Assembly: GCA_963790365.1 (NCBI GenBank)
Contig: CAWBOU010000001.1
Coordinates: 772 to 64,771, forward strand
Reading direction: 5' to 3'
From: an uncultured delta proteobacterium
GTDB taxonomy: Bacteria; Desulfobacterota; Binatia; JACPRU01
DNA length: 64,000 bases
This document shows, piece after piece, positions 32,331-43,200 of this stretch; positions within the stretch are counted from its first letter, which is position 1, and each line of letters begins with the position of its first letter. The translations under genes and the position numbers were made by a program. The notes below the pieces were generated by a model. It was not told the DNA's origin, ran no database searches, and worked only from the letters and a program-made list of their open reading frames with translations.

Positions 32331-33266
32331 TCAGGGTTGTCCTTCAAAATTTGTCCGCGGCGTCGGGCGAAGATACCGATCCAGCCACGCGAGAGTGGCC
32401 TCCCAGGCTTGCGTCGCCTGCTCCGGCTGACGGAAGTTGAAGAAGCGCCCTGCGCCCGGCACGGCCAACACCTCCGTGGTGGTGCCCTGGGCTTTCAGAC
32501 GCTCGGCCATGCGGGTCGACTCCTCCAGCGGGAGCAGCGTATCGTCTTCTCCGTGCACGAAGAGGACGGGGGCGCGGATGTACTCGGCCATGTACATGGG
32601 CGATGCGAGCCGCAGCATCTTCTGGAACTCTTCCTCGTTCTCCGCCCCGGCCTCGTCCCGCATCATCCACTTGCCCAGGGCGAAGATGATCCGCGGAGAG
32701 AAGCCGGAGCGCTCGCCCGCAAACCAGTGCGGGAAGTCGGTGATCGGGTAGTAGGACACGACCGCCTTGATGCGATCGGGATCATGCGCGGCCATGAGCA
32801 AGCTGACGCAAGCGCCCTCCGAGAAGCCGATCGCCGCGATCCGGTTCTGATCGACCTCCGGGAATTTGACCGCCGCATCGATGATCAGCGTGATGTCGCC
32901 GCTCGACCGCCAGGCGAACATGTTCCGTTGAAATTCGCCATCGATCCGACGGTAGTAGTCCGCGGCGATCGCGAGGTATCCGCGGGCTGCGAGATCCCAG
33001 ATCACGCCGCGCATGGCCTCGGCCGTCTCCTCCTCCTCCGGATGAACGATGACGGTGGGGAACGGTCCTGGACCAGGCGGACGCGCCCCCTCGAGGTGCA
33101 CCTTGAGATCATCGCGGGTGAGGTCGTCCGACCAGACGACGACCTCCGGAGCCGCTTGGGTGGGATGGATGAGATGGTGATCGGTGGTGGCACAACCCGC
33201 GAGCAGGATCATGCTGATTCCGAGTAGGATGATCATAGACCGTCGTATCCTGCCCGCAGACCTCAT
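32331..33266 (-). CDS. Dienelactone hydrolase-like alpha/beta hydrolase, probable lipoprotein
   Basis: LAGC lipobox, IGFSEG, VHGEDDTL. Confidence 0.85.
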   Translation of the reverse strand: MRSAGRIRRSMIILLGISMILLAGCATTDHHLIHPTQAAPEVVVWSDDLTRDDLKVHLEGARPPGPGPFPTVIVHPEEEETAEAMRGVIWDLAARGYLAIAADYYRRIDGEFQRNMFAWRSSGDITLIIDAAVKFPEVDQNRIAAIGFSEGACVSLLMAAHDPDRIKAVVSYYPITDFPHWFAGERSGFSPRIIFALGKWMMRDEAGAENEEEFQKMLRLASPMYMAEYIRAPVLFVHGEDDTLLPLEESTRMAERLKAQGTTTEVLAVPGAGRFFNFRQPEQATQAWEATLAWLDRYLRPTPRTNFEGQP

Positions 33267-33325
33267 GCGAACGAATCCCGTCGATCCCGCGGCTCTCGAC
33301 CCCGTGGTCGCCTGACGAGGTTGCC

Positions 33326-33949
33326 TTGGTACGGTCGATCGTCGCCGGTATCGTCGTCACCTTCGCCATCCTCGTCGCCGGAGGTCCGGAGCGCTTCGAC
33401 ACCCTGCCGCTGGCATTGATCGGTGGCTGGACGTTCTTCGATCTCACCCGGCGCGGATTTGCCGAGGTGCAGGTCGGTGAGCGCGACTCGACGGACTTCT
33501 GGATGTCGGCGAGCTTCGCGCTCGTTCTCGTCGCCGCGGCATGGTCGCGTCGGGGCCGACCCGAAGCCTTGCCCGTCGACGGCAACGGTCCCGAGCTCGC
33601 CGCCGGCTTCACGTTGATCCTGCTCGGCGTGATGCTGCGGCAGTGGACCGCGCGCACCATGGGCAAAGAGTTTCTCGTTCGCCTCGATCTACGCCCGGAG
33701 CACCGGCTCGTCGATTCGGGCCCGTTCCGCACGATCCGACATCCGAGTTACGCGGCCCTGCTGCTGGTCGCGATCGGTACGGCGACTATGCTCGAGAGCT
33801 GGCTCGCGCTGATGGTCACGCTCGGCCTCTGGCTGCCGGTGGTGATCCTCCGCGTCCAGCGCGAGGAGCAGCTGCTCGGCTCGCGCTTCGGGCAGGTCTA
33901 CGAAGCGTACCGCCGGCGCACGCACCGGCTGATTCCCGGCGTCTACTGA
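33326..33949 (+). CDS. Isoprenylcysteine carboxyl methyltransferase family protein
   Basis: HRLVDSGPFRTIRHPSY, REEQLL, RLIPGVY. Confidence 0.88.
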   Translation: MVRSIVAGIVVTFAILVAGGPERFDTLPLALIGGWTFFDLTRRGFAEVQVGERDSTDFWMSASFALVLVAAAWSRRGRPEALPVDGNGPELAAGFTLILLGVMLRQWTARTMGKEFLVRLDLRPEHRLVDSGPFRTIRHPSYAALLLVAIGTATMLESWLALMVTLGLWLPVVILRVQREEQLLGSRFGQVYEAYRRRTHRLIPGVY

Positions 33950-33979
33950 CCGCGGCGGGCGCTGCGCGGCGGGTGCGGG

Positions 33980-34783
33980 CTACTCCAGGAGCGTATCCAG
34001 CCCCACACTCGTCCACTCACGATCGTCGAGCAGGCGGAGGAGCTCCGGGAGCGCCCGCACCGACGCCGGCTCGAAGTCGTCGTGCTCGGAGGCGTCATGG
34101 AGCATCACGATGGCGCCGTCGGTCACGCTGCGCGCGACGCGCGCAACGACGGCCTCCGGCGTTCGACTCCGCATGCCGTCGAAGCCTCGGGCGGACCAGC
34201 CGACGATGGTCATCCCCGCATGACGCGCGCCCCGGGTGGTGGTCAGGCTCGTGTGGCCGAGCGGCGGACGGAAGAAGCGGGGACGGACGCCCGTCGCGTC
34301 CTCGACCGCCCGCGCTGCCTGGAGGAGCTCGTCGCGCACGCGCCACGGCATGCGGAAGGAGTGCAGCCGGTCGTGACGATCGCCATGCACCCCGAGCGTG
34401 TGGCCGGCCGCATGAATCTCCCGAACCACCTCCGGATGAAGACGCGCCTTCGTGCCCAGCACGAAGAACGTCGCGCGATGGCGGGTCGCGGCGAGCGCCG
34501 CGAGAATCCGGCGCGTCGTCACCGGGTGCGGGCCGTCGTCGAACGTCAAGGCCACCGAGCGCCGGCCGGCCGGACCGCGGAGGACGATCGGGCCGTACAT
34601 CTCGAGCCAGGGGAAGAAGACCCCGATCGTGGCGACGGCATACCACGCGGCCGACAGTACCCCGAGCCGTCGCAGATCGAGCTCGCCGTGCACGGCGGCC
34701 AGGACGGCCAACGTCCCGAGCGCCGCGCTCCAAGCGAGAAATGCGACGCGAGCCGGGCTCGGTGTGTGGGGTGTCCGTCCCAT
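33980..34783 (-). CDS. Polysaccharide deacetylase (NodB)
   Basis: ALTFDDGP, FFRPPLG, IVMLHD. Confidence 0.92.
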   Translation of the reverse strand: MGRTPHTPSPARVAFLAWSAALGTLAVLAAVHGELDLRRLGVLSAAWYAVATIGVFFPWLEMYGPIVLRGPAGRRSVALTFDDGPHPVTTRRILAALAATRHRATFFVLGTKARLHPEVVREIHAAGHTLGVHGDRHDRLHSFRMPWRVRDELLQAARAVEDATGVRPRFFRPPLGHTSLTTTRGARHAGMTIVGWSARGFDGMRSRTPEAVVARVARSVTDGAIVMLHDASEHDDFEPASVRALPELLRLLDDREWTSVGLDTLLE

Positions 34784-34913
34784 CGTTTCAGTCTAGCGAA
34801 TTCCCGCACAGCCGCATTGGCAGCGGCCTACCCAGAGGCTACGGTCGGTTGATCAGCCTGCCGCGCATTCTCGCGCGCCGAGCAGCACGTGAGAACCCTT
34901 GGAGGGGACCGAC

Positions 34914-35456
34914 ATGACCATCCGGTCGAAGCGAATGCGCGCACTGCTCATCCTGCTCGCGGTCGTGGCCATCGTGGGTGAGTCGACACCGACCCACGCC
35001 GAGGACACGAAGGCGCAGCCGCAGCAGATGGTCACCTTGAACCCATATTCATTGAAGTTCACGCCGGTCCCCGACATGCCGAGCTGTGCGACTGCGGCGA
35101 TTCTTCGCGGCAATCCGCGCTCGGAGCCAGCGTGGGTGCTGCTGAAGCTGGCTTCAGGCTGCCGAGTCCCGTGGCACTGGCACACGGCGAACGAGACCTT
35201 GGTGGTCATCAGCGGGCAAGGGAGGGTGGAGATGAAGGACGGCCCGCCCCTCGACTTCGTGCCCGGCGCCTACGCCTCCCTGCCCAGTCGTCACGCACAC
35301 CAGGCCATCTGCTCTCGCGAGTGCCTGCTCTTCAACGGCGCCGATGCCGCCTTCGACGTCCACTACGTGGATGCGAACGGGGAAGAGATTCCCCTCGAAA
35401 AGGCACTGAAGCCATCCCAGAAGCCACCGCCGACGCCGAAGCCAAAGAAGAAATGA
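34914..35456 (+). CDS. Secreted cupin-domain protein
   Basis: PWHWHTANE, PSRHAH, signal peptide. Confidence 0.85.
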   Translation: MTIRSKRMRALLILLAVVAIVGESTPTHAEDTKAQPQQMVTLNPYSLKFTPVPDMPSCATAAILRGNPRSEPAWVLLKLASGCRVPWHWHTANETLVVISGQGRVEMKDGPPLDFVPGAYASLPSRHAHQAICSRECLLFNGADAAFDVHYVDANGEEIPLEKALKPSQKPPPTPKPKKK

Positions 35457-35538
35457 CGGGTGCTGCTCCTTCGCCGAGCTCGCGAGCGCGCTTGATCGCC
35501 GCCGCTTTACTCTTGTGAAGAGAGTCCGCCGGGGATTT

Positions 35539-35568
35539 TCGCGGGGTTGGCATCTGCCAACCCCGCGA
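35539..35568 (-). terminator. Hairpin immediately downstream of tRNA-Asn
   Basis: TCGCGGGGTTGGCA-tc-TGCCAACCCCGCGA. Confidence 0.6.
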
Positions 35569-35576
35569 TCTTCCAG

Positions 35577-35649
35577 CTCCCCGGGCCGGACTCGAACCAG
35601 CGACCATCCGGTTAACAGCCGGACGCTCTACCGACTGAGCTACCGGGGA
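35577..35649 (-). tRNA. tRNA-Asn(GTT)
   Basis: TCCCCGG acceptor, TAGCTCAGTCGGTAGAGC D arm, CTGTTAA loop, GGTTCGAGTCC T arm; CCA not encoded. Confidence 0.97.
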
Positions 35650-35730
35650 TCAGAGTCGCCCTAGGTTCCATTTTTCCCGCAGCGCTGCAACGGGTGGCCG
35701 CGCGCAACCACCGCGTGGTAGCGACGGCTT

Positions 35731-36669
35731 ATGGAGCTTCGCGAGATCGCCCGTGACGTCTACGCGTGCCTGCAGGAGGACCGCGGGCTCGGCTACAGCA
35801 ACTCCGGTCTCGTCGCGCGCGCCGGCGGGCTCGTGCTCGACACGTTCTGGGACTTGCCGCACACGCGCGAGCTGATCGCGGCCTACGCGAGCGTGCTGGA
35901 CTCGCCGGCGCGCCGAGTCGTCAATACCCACAACAACGGCGACCATTGTTGGGGAAACCAGCTCTTCCCCGACGCGGAGATCATCGGCCACCGCCGTTGC
36001 GTCGAGACGTTCGGCCGGGAGAGCCCCGAGATGCTGCAGGCGCTCCGGAACGCAAGCGCGAGCGACGATGCCGCGCTCGCCAGCGTCGCGCGGAAGCTCG
36101 CGGAGTGGGATTTCACGGGCGTGGTGCCGACGCCGCCGACCACGATCGTCGACGACAGGTTGGAGCTCGATCTCGACGGGATCCCCGCCCTACTCCTCTA
36201 CGTCGGCCCGGCGCACACGTCGGGCGATCTGATCCTCCATCTCCCCGAGCAACGCATCATCTTCACCGGCGACGTCCTCTTCCGTCGCTGCACGCCGATC
36301 GGCTGGGACGGCACGTACGCCCAATGGGAGGCCACGCTCGACACGATCGTCGCACTCCAACCGGACGTGGTCGTGCCGGGGCACGGGCCGATCTGTGGCG
36401 TCGAGGGGCCGCGCGAGATGAAGGACTACCTCGTCTACGTGCGCGGCGAAGCGAAGCGCGCATTCGACGCGGGACTTTCGGCGCTCGAGGCGGCGAAGTC
36501 GATCGATCTCGGCCCCTATGCCGGTTGGACCGAACCGGAGCGGCTCGTCTTCAACGTCGAGCGCGCGTACCGCGAGCTTCGCGGTGAGCCGTACGACACG
36601 CCGGTCGACGTGCTCGCGCTCTTCCGCGACATGCATTCGCTCGCGGCGCACCGCTCGCGCGCGGCGTAG
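35731..36669 (+). CDS. MBL-fold metallo-hydrolase (cyclase-like)
   Basis: THNNGDH, PAHTSGD, TGD, VPGHG. Confidence 0.92.
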   Translation: MELREIARDVYACLQEDRGLGYSNSGLVARAGGLVLDTFWDLPHTRELIAAYASVLDSPARRVVNTHNNGDHCWGNQLFPDAEIIGHRRCVETFGRESPEMLQALRNASASDDAALASVARKLAEWDFTGVVPTPPTTIVDDRLELDLDGIPALLLYVGPAHTSGDLILHLPEQRIIFTGDVLFRRCTPIGWDGTYAQWEATLDTIVALQPDVVVPGHGPICGVEGPREMKDYLVYVRGEAKRAFDAGLSALEAAKSIDLGPYAGWTEPERLVFNVERAYRELRGEPYDTPVDVLALFRDMHSLAAHRSRAA

Positions 36670-36674
36670 CTTTC

Positions 36675-36712
36675 GCTCCGTCAGGAACAAACATCGTTCC
36701 TGACGGAGCTAC
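36675..36712. repeat. REP-like hairpin / terminator
   Basis: GCTCCGTCAGGAAC-N7-GTTCCTGACGGAGC, reading GTAG... on the minus strand. Confidence 0.5.
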
Positions 36713-36871
36713 TCGCTATTGGTGCCCGCCTTCGACGTTTCGCTTGCAACGGCTCGGTGCGTCTCCGATGCAAACCATCTCAGCGAATCACCTGAGCTTT
36801 CAAACCTCCGGGCTCCCAGTGAGTGTCGGCGGTCGCCACCGTTTTTGTCGTCGGGGTTACTTTCTCCTCTG

Positions 36872-37975
36872 ATGGACGTGCGCCTCGCCGCTACCGGCCC
36901 CCGCCGCATCGAGCCCTCCGACGATCGCCCGCGCCTTTCGCGCGCGCGGATCTCGCTCTGGGCGCTGATCGCGATCACCGCAATCGCGGCGTGGATCACG
37001 TACCAGGTGAGCCTGCCGTTCCTCGCGCCGGCGGCCTGGGCGCTGGCGCTCGCGGTGGTGACGAGGCCTCTCTACCGCCTGCTCGCCGGCCTCCTCCCCT
37101 CGAAAGCCCTCGCGTCGATCCTCTCCGTCGCGATCGTCGCCACGGTGCTCATCGCGCCGACGATCATCATCGCGCGCGCGGTGGCGATCGAGATCGGCGC
37201 TCACGCCGATCAGCTCCCGGATGCCGAGGACGCCGAGCGCTGGACACAGCTCGCGACGCGACACCCGCGGGGCGCGCCGGCGCTTCACTGGCTCCAGCGC
37301 CAGGTCAACGTTCGCGACCAGGTGAAGGCGTTCGTCGGCGAAGTCGTCGGGCGGCTCTCGGGCATCGTCAGCGGCTCGTTCTGGGCGGCCGCGCAGCTCT
37401 TCGTCACGTTGTTCTTTCTCTTCTATTTCTTCCGCGATGGGGATGATGTGCTCCACGCGGTCCGTTCGCTCGTGCCGCTCACGAACTGGGAGACGAACAT
37501 CATGTTCGCGCGCGTGTCCGACACACTGCACGCGACGCTGCGCGGCACGTTTCTCGTCGCCGCGGTCCAGGGCATCTTGGGCGGTCTCATGTTTCTCGTG
37601 CTCGGCCTGCCCGCGCCGCTCGTCTGGGGAACGGCGATGGGATTCTGCGCGGTGATTCCGATGCTCGGCACGTTCGTGGTGTGGGCGCCGGCAACGCTGT
37701 TCCTCTTGATCGACGGGAGCTACGTGCGCGCGCTCATCCTCGCCGGCTGGGGGGCGGGCGTGGTCTCGCTGATCGACAACCTCCTCTATCCGGTGCTGGT
37801 CGGCCGCGATCTTCGCCTGCACACGACGCTCGTGTTCGTTTCGCTGGTCGGCGGCATCGCGGTCTTCGGCTTCGTCGGCTTGATCCTCGGACCGCTGACG
37901 TTCGCGGTGACGCTGTCCCTCGTGGAGATCTGGCGGGCCCGCGTCGGTCTGCAAGCCTCGCCGACGGCGACTTGA
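36872..37975 (+). CDS. AI-2E family transporter
   Basis: FFLFYFFRDG, IDNLLYPVLVG, GFVGLILGP. Confidence 0.93.
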   Translation: MDVRLAATGPRRIEPSDDRPRLSRARISLWALIAITAIAAWITYQVSLPFLAPAAWALALAVVTRPLYRLLAGLLPSKALASILSVAIVATVLIAPTIIIARAVAIEIGAHADQLPDAEDAERWTQLATRHPRGAPALHWLQRQVNVRDQVKAFVGEVVGRLSGIVSGSFWAAAQLFVTLFFLFYFFRDGDDVLHAVRSLVPLTNWETNIMFARVSDTLHATLRGTFLVAAVQGILGGLMFLVLGLPAPLVWGTAMGFCAVIPMLGTFVVWAPATLFLLIDGSYVRALILAGWGAGVVSLIDNLLYPVLVGRDLRLHTTLVFVSLVGGIAVFGFVGLILGPLTFAVTLSLVEIWRARVGLQASPTAT

Positions 37976-38000
37976 CCGAAGGAGAAGAAAAAACGAAGAT
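37972..38000 (+). promoter_or_regulatory. Putative imuA promoter with SOS-like box
   Basis: TTGACC-17 nt-GAAGAT with GAAG-N7-GAAG (37984-37998) overlapping it. Confidence 0.45.
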
Positions 38001-38006
38001 CGGCGG

Positions 38007-38678
38007 GTGGCCGTCGCTTCGCTCCGCCCCTCGCTGCCGTTTCTCCCCTCCGCGCCGGAAATCGTCCGTCTCGCCACGGGTGATCCGGCGCTCGACGGCC
38101 TCCTCGGCGGGGGATTCGCCCGCGGCCAGCTCGCCGAGGTCGTCGGCGCAGCCTCGACGGGACGGACATCTCTCGCTCACCGGCTGCTTTCAGCCGCGAC
38201 CCGACGGGCCGAGGTCGCCGCGCTGGTCGACGCCGCCGATCGCTTCGATCCGCGTCGTGCCGAAGCGGCCGGGGTCGATCTCGCCCGCCTCCTCTGGGTG
38301 CGTCCGCCGGATCCGGTGGGGGCGCTCCGCGCCTGCGAGGTGCTCCTCACGACCCGCGGCTTCGGAGTCGTCGTCCTCGACCTCGCCGACGGGGTTCCCT
38401 CGGCGACGCGCGCTCGTCTGGCTACCGTATGGTCGCGTCTCCGTCTCCGTGCGGCGAGCTCGCGGGCGATCTTCCTCCTCCTCGCTCGCGATCGGCTGAG
38501 CGGCGGCGCGGCCGACGTCTGTCTCACACTCCGCGAGCGGAGGCCGCTTTGGTCGCGCAATTCATCGAGTTTGGGGGGCGTCACGCTTCTCGACGGCATC
38601 GAAGCTCGTGCTGAGCTCGTCCGTACCCGGCACGGCGCGCCCGGCGCGCGCGAGCGCCTGCAGTTCCTCGAAGGATGA
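38007..38678 (+). CDS. imuA: ImuA (RecA-like mutasome protein)
   Basis: TGDPALDGLLGGG, degenerate Walker A STGRTS, GVDLARLLWVRP; first gene of the imuABC cassette. Confidence 0.85.
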   Translation: MAVASLRPSLPFLPSAPEIVRLATGDPALDGLLGGGFARGQLAEVVGAASTGRTSLAHRLLSAATRRAEVAALVDAADRFDPRRAEAAGVDLARLLWVRPPDPVGALRACEVLLTTRGFGVVVLDLADGVPSATRARLATVWSRLRLRAASSRAIFLLLARDRLSGGAADVCLTLRERRPLWSRNSSSLGGVTLLDGIEARAELVRTRHGAPGARERLQFLEG

Positions 38679-38681
38679 AGC

Positions 38682-40163
38682 TTGGCTCGCATTGCTTGTC
38701 TGTACGTGGCCGATTTTCCGCTCGCGGCGCTCCTCCGCGCGGAGCCCGATCTCGCCGGGCGCGCGGTCGTCGTCGTCGATCGCACGGATCCGGCGGCGCC
38801 GATCCTCGCGGCGTCCCCCGAGGCACGGCGCGCGGGTGTTCGGCCCAGTCTCTCGCTCGCACAGGCACGGACGATCGTCGCCGATCTCGAGGTCCGGGTC
38901 GGCAGCGGCGAGCGGCTTGCCGCTGCGTCCGAAGCACTCGGTGACGTCGCGGCGTCGTTCTCGCCGCGCGTCGAGAACCGCGTTGACGGCACGGTCTGGC
39001 TCGACGCCGACGGCCTCGAGACGCTCTGCGGAGACGAGACGCATCTCGCGACGCTGCTCGCCGCGCGCTGCCGGCGGGTCGGCCTGCCCGGAGTGGATGT
39101 CGGCATCGGCTCGAGCCGCGCCGTCGCACATCTCGCCGCGCGTGGTGGGCTCGGCGTGGTGCCCGCCGGCGCCGAGGCGGAGCTCCTTGCGCCGTTGCCG
39201 ATCTCGTTTCTCGAGCCTCCGGTGGACGTCGCGGCGGCGCTCGCGCGCTGGGGCATCGTCACGCTCGGCGCGCTCGCGGCGCTGCCGCCCGAAGCGGTGG
39301 CGACGCGCCTCGGCGAAGGCGCGCTCCGCCTCGCCCGGCTCGCGCGCGGCGAGGACGACGAGCCGCTCGTCCCCAGGCACCCCCCGCTTCGCTTCGAAGA
39401 AACGGTCGACTGCGAGTGGCCGATCGACACCTTCGAGCCTCTCTCGTTCCTCCTGCGCGCGGCGCTCGAGCGTCTGACGGCGCGGCTCGAGCTCCGGAGC
39501 TATCGCGCGGGCGATCTCGAGCTCGCGCTACGTTTGGCGAATCGAGGATTCGAGCAACGACGGATCGCGATCGCCGCGCCGACGAACGAGGTGAAGTCAC
39601 TGCTCGTGCTCGTCCGCACGAGCTTCGAGACGCATCCGCCGAGCGCGCCGATCGAGGGCTTCCGGCTCTCGGCGGTGGCCGAGCGGCTGCGTCCCTTCGA
39701 GCTCGACCTCTTCCGCCCGCCGGGGCCGATTCCCGAGGAGCTCGCGACGACGCTCGCGCGCCTCGCCGCGATCGCGGGAGTCGAGCGCGTCGGGCGGGCG
39801 GCGACGGTCGACTCGCATCGCGCCGAAGCGTTCGCCGTCGAAGCGTTCGCGCCGCCGGAAAATACTTACGAAGTATTTTCCTCTCATGCGAGCGTGCTCG
39901 CGCTCCGTTCGTTCCGGCCGCCGCTCGCGATCGAGGTCGTCTGCGATCGCGGCCGCCCCGACTTCGTGCGCTCTGAACGCATCGAGACGCCGATCCAGGG
40001 GCGCGTGGTGGGCTGCGCCGGCCCGTGGCGCACGACCGGAGAATGGTGGGGCGAGCGGCTCGCGCGCGACGACTACGATCTCGAGCTCAGCGACGGCGGC
40101 CTCTATCGCGTGTACCGCGAGCACGCGACGAACCGCTGGTTCGCGGTGGGAACGTACGACTGA
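38682..40163 (+). CDS. imuB: ImuB (inactive Y-family polymerase)
   Basis: FSPRVE, WGIVTLGALA, GPWRTTGEWW, RDDYDLEL..G.LYRVYR. Confidence 0.9.
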   Translation: MARIACLYVADFPLAALLRAEPDLAGRAVVVVDRTDPAAPILAASPEARRAGVRPSLSLAQARTIVADLEVRVGSGERLAAASEALGDVAASFSPRVENRVDGTVWLDADGLETLCGDETHLATLLAARCRRVGLPGVDVGIGSSRAVAHLAARGGLGVVPAGAEAELLAPLPISFLEPPVDVAAALARWGIVTLGALAALPPEAVATRLGEGALRLARLARGEDDEPLVPRHPPLRFEETVDCEWPIDTFEPLSFLLRAALERLTARLELRSYRAGDLELALRLANRGFEQRRIAIAAPTNEVKSLLVLVRTSFETHPPSAPIEGFRLSAVAERLRPFELDLFRPPGPIPEELATTLARLAAIAGVERVGRAATVDSHRAEAFAVEAFAPPENTYEVFSSHASVLALRSFRPPLAIEVVCDRGRPDFVRSERIETPIQGRVVGCAGPWRTTGEWWGERLARDDYDLELSDGGLYRVYREHATNRWFAVGTYD

Positions 40164-40223
40164 TGGGGACGCTGCTTCCGATCGTCTCACCTTCAAACGC
40201 AACGCATCAGAAGCGGTGCGTCA

Positions 40224-43200
40224 GTGAGTGAGACGTTTGGAAGCAGCGTCCCTGACTACGTCGTCCCTGACTACGTCGAGCTTCGCGCGCGAAGCTCGTT
40301 CAGCTTTCTACGCGGCGCTTCCAATCCCGAGGATCTCGTCGACGAGGCGGCGCGGCTCGGTCACGGGGCGCTCGCGCTCGGCGACCGGAACGGCCTCTAC
40401 GGCGCGCCGCGCTTCTTTCAGGCGGCGAAACAGGCGGGGGTTCGCGCGATCGTCGGCGCGGACCTCGCGATGAGCGACGGCTCCTCTCTCTACGTCCTCG
40501 TCGAGAGCCGCGCCGGCTACCGGAATCTCTGTCGCCTCCTCACCCGGGCGAAGCTCCGCGCCGCGAAGGGCGAGGCACGGGTCGAGTGGAGCGACCTCGA
40601 GCCTCATGCCGAAGGGCTTTTCGCGCTCGCCGGGGGCGACGAGGGACCGTTCGCCCAGGCCGCGGCGGCGCGCGACGAGAATGCCGCGCGCGAGGTCGTG
40701 ACACGGCTACGAAGAGTCTTCGCGGATCGTCTCTACGTCGACTTGCAGCGCCATCTCGACGCCGGCGAAGAGCGGCGGAACCGGTTCCTCGCCGCGCTCG
40801 CGGAGGCCGAGCGGATCCCGCTCCTCGTCACGAACGACGTCCGGCACGCGACGCGGGAGCGCCGGGCGCTTCTCGACGCGCTCACCTGCATTCGCGAGAA
40901 GACGACGCTCGACCGCGCCGGACGGGTGCTGCTCGCGAACGCCGAGCGGCATCTGAAGCCTGCGCGCGCGATCGAACAGCTCTTCCGCGACCGGCCCGGC
41001 GCCGTGCGCGCGACGCGCGCGGTCGCCGAGCGCTGTGAGTTCACGCTCGCCGATCTCGGCTATCGTTTCCCGGATTATCCGCTGCCGGACGGCGTCTCGG
41101 CGGACGCCTACCTCCGCGAGCTCGCCTTCGCCGGTGCGCGGCGCCGCTACCGGCCGATGACCGACAAGGTCGAGCGGCAGCTCGAGCACGAGCTCGCGAT
41201 CATCGCGAAGCTCTCGCTCGCCGGGTACTTCCTGATCGTCTGGGACATCGTCGAGTTCTGCCGGCGCGAGGGCATCCTCGTGCAAGGGCGCGGCTCGGCG
41301 GCGAACAGCGCGGTCTGCTTCTGTCTCGGCATCACCGCGGTCGACGCGGTCGGCATGGATCTCCTCTTCGAGCGCTTCCTCTCCGAGGAGCGCGGCGAAT
41401 GGCCGGACATCGACATCGATCTCCCGAGCGGCGACCGGCGCGAGCGCGTGATCCAGTACGTCTACGACCGCTACGGCAAGCACGGCGCGGCGATGACCGC
41501 GAACGTGATCACCTATCGCTCGCGGAGCGCGGCGCGCGAGATCGGCAAGGCGCTCGGCTTCGCCGAGAGCGAGATCGACAAGCTCTCGAAGTGCCTCCGC
41601 TCGTACGGCTACGTCGACCAGTTCGACCGGCTGGCGCCGCAGGTGAAGCGCGCCGGGCTCGATCCCGACGCGCCACGCGTCCGCTGGCTCGTCGAGCTCG
41701 CGGGGCAGATCGAAGGCTTGCCGCGGCACCTCGGCCAGCACTCGGGCGGCATGGTGATCGCCGCGGGACGGCTCGACGAGGTGGTGCCACTCGAGCCCGC
41801 GCGCATGCCCGGCCGCGTCGTCGTCGAGTGGGACAAGGACGATTGCGCGGACCTCGGCATCATCAAGGTCGATCTCCTCGGCCTCGGCATGATGGCCGTG
41901 CTCGAGGAGGCGATTCCGCTCGTCCGCGAGCATGAGGGACATGAGCTCGATCTCGCGGCGCTGCCGGCGAACGATCCCGCGGTCTACGCCGCGCTCCAGC
42001 GCGCCGACACGGTCGGCGTCTTCCAGGTCGAGAGCCGCGCGCAGATGGCGACGCTGCCGCGCATGAAGCCGACGCAGTTCTACGATCTCGTCGTCGAGGT
42101 CGCGATCATCCGCCCCGGGCCGATCGTCGGGCAGATGGTCCATCCGTACCTGTCGCGTCGAGCCGGCCGGGAGCCCGTCACGTACCTCCATCCCGCGCTC
42201 GAGCCGATCCTCGCGCGGACGCTCGGCGTGCCGCTCTTCCAGGAGCAGCTCCTCCGCATGGCGATGGCCGTCGCGAGCTTCACGCCGGGCGAAGCCGAGG
42301 AGCTCCGGCGCGCCCTCGGCTTCAAGCGCTCCGCGCAGCGCATGGGCGGCATCGAGAAGAAGCTCCGCGCCGGCATGACCGCGAACGGCATCACCGGCGA
42401 GACGCAGGAGACGCTCGTGAAGAGCATCACCTCGTTTGCGCTCTATGGCTTCCCGGAATGCGTCGTCGGTGAGACTCGAGTGATCGACGCCGACAGCGGG
42501 CGATGGGTGACCATCGAGGACGTCGCGAAGGGACGAGCTTCGCTCGAGACGACACTCGCGTGCGGAGAAGACTTGCAGCTGCGTCGCCGGCGAGTGCTGC
42601 GAGCGATGTGTAGCGGCCGAAAGACGGTCTATCGACTACAGAGCTCGGGTGGAAAAGAAATCACGGCGACAGCCGAGCATCCGTTCCTGACGCCGACCGG
42701 CTGGCAAGCGCTTGGCGCACTTCGGAAAGGCGTTCCGCTCGCCGTCGTCCCCACCTCTCCCTTTGGGGAGAGGTCGACCGCAGGTCGGGTGAGGGGGAGA
42801 CACCGCGACGACCTCCCCCTCACCCTAGCTCTCTCCCCAAGGGGAGAGGGAATGAGAGTCGACTGGGATCGCGTGACGACGATCGAGCCCGCCGGCGAGC
42901 GCGAGACCTACGACCTCGAGATCGAAGGCGATCATAACTTTCTTGCCAACGACTTCGTCGTCCACAATTCCCACAGCGCGAGCTTCGCCCTGCTCGCATA
43001 CGCCTCCGCCTATCTCAAGGTGCATCACGCTGCTGCGTTTCTCTGCGCGCTCCTCAATCAGTGGCCGATGGGGTTCTATCATCCCGCGACGCTCGTGAAG
43101 GATGCGCAGCGCCACGGCGTGCGCGTGCTGCCGGTCGATGCGGCGCGATCGGGCTGGCTCTGCACCTTGGAACGCCACGAGACTCTCTGCGTGCGGCTCG

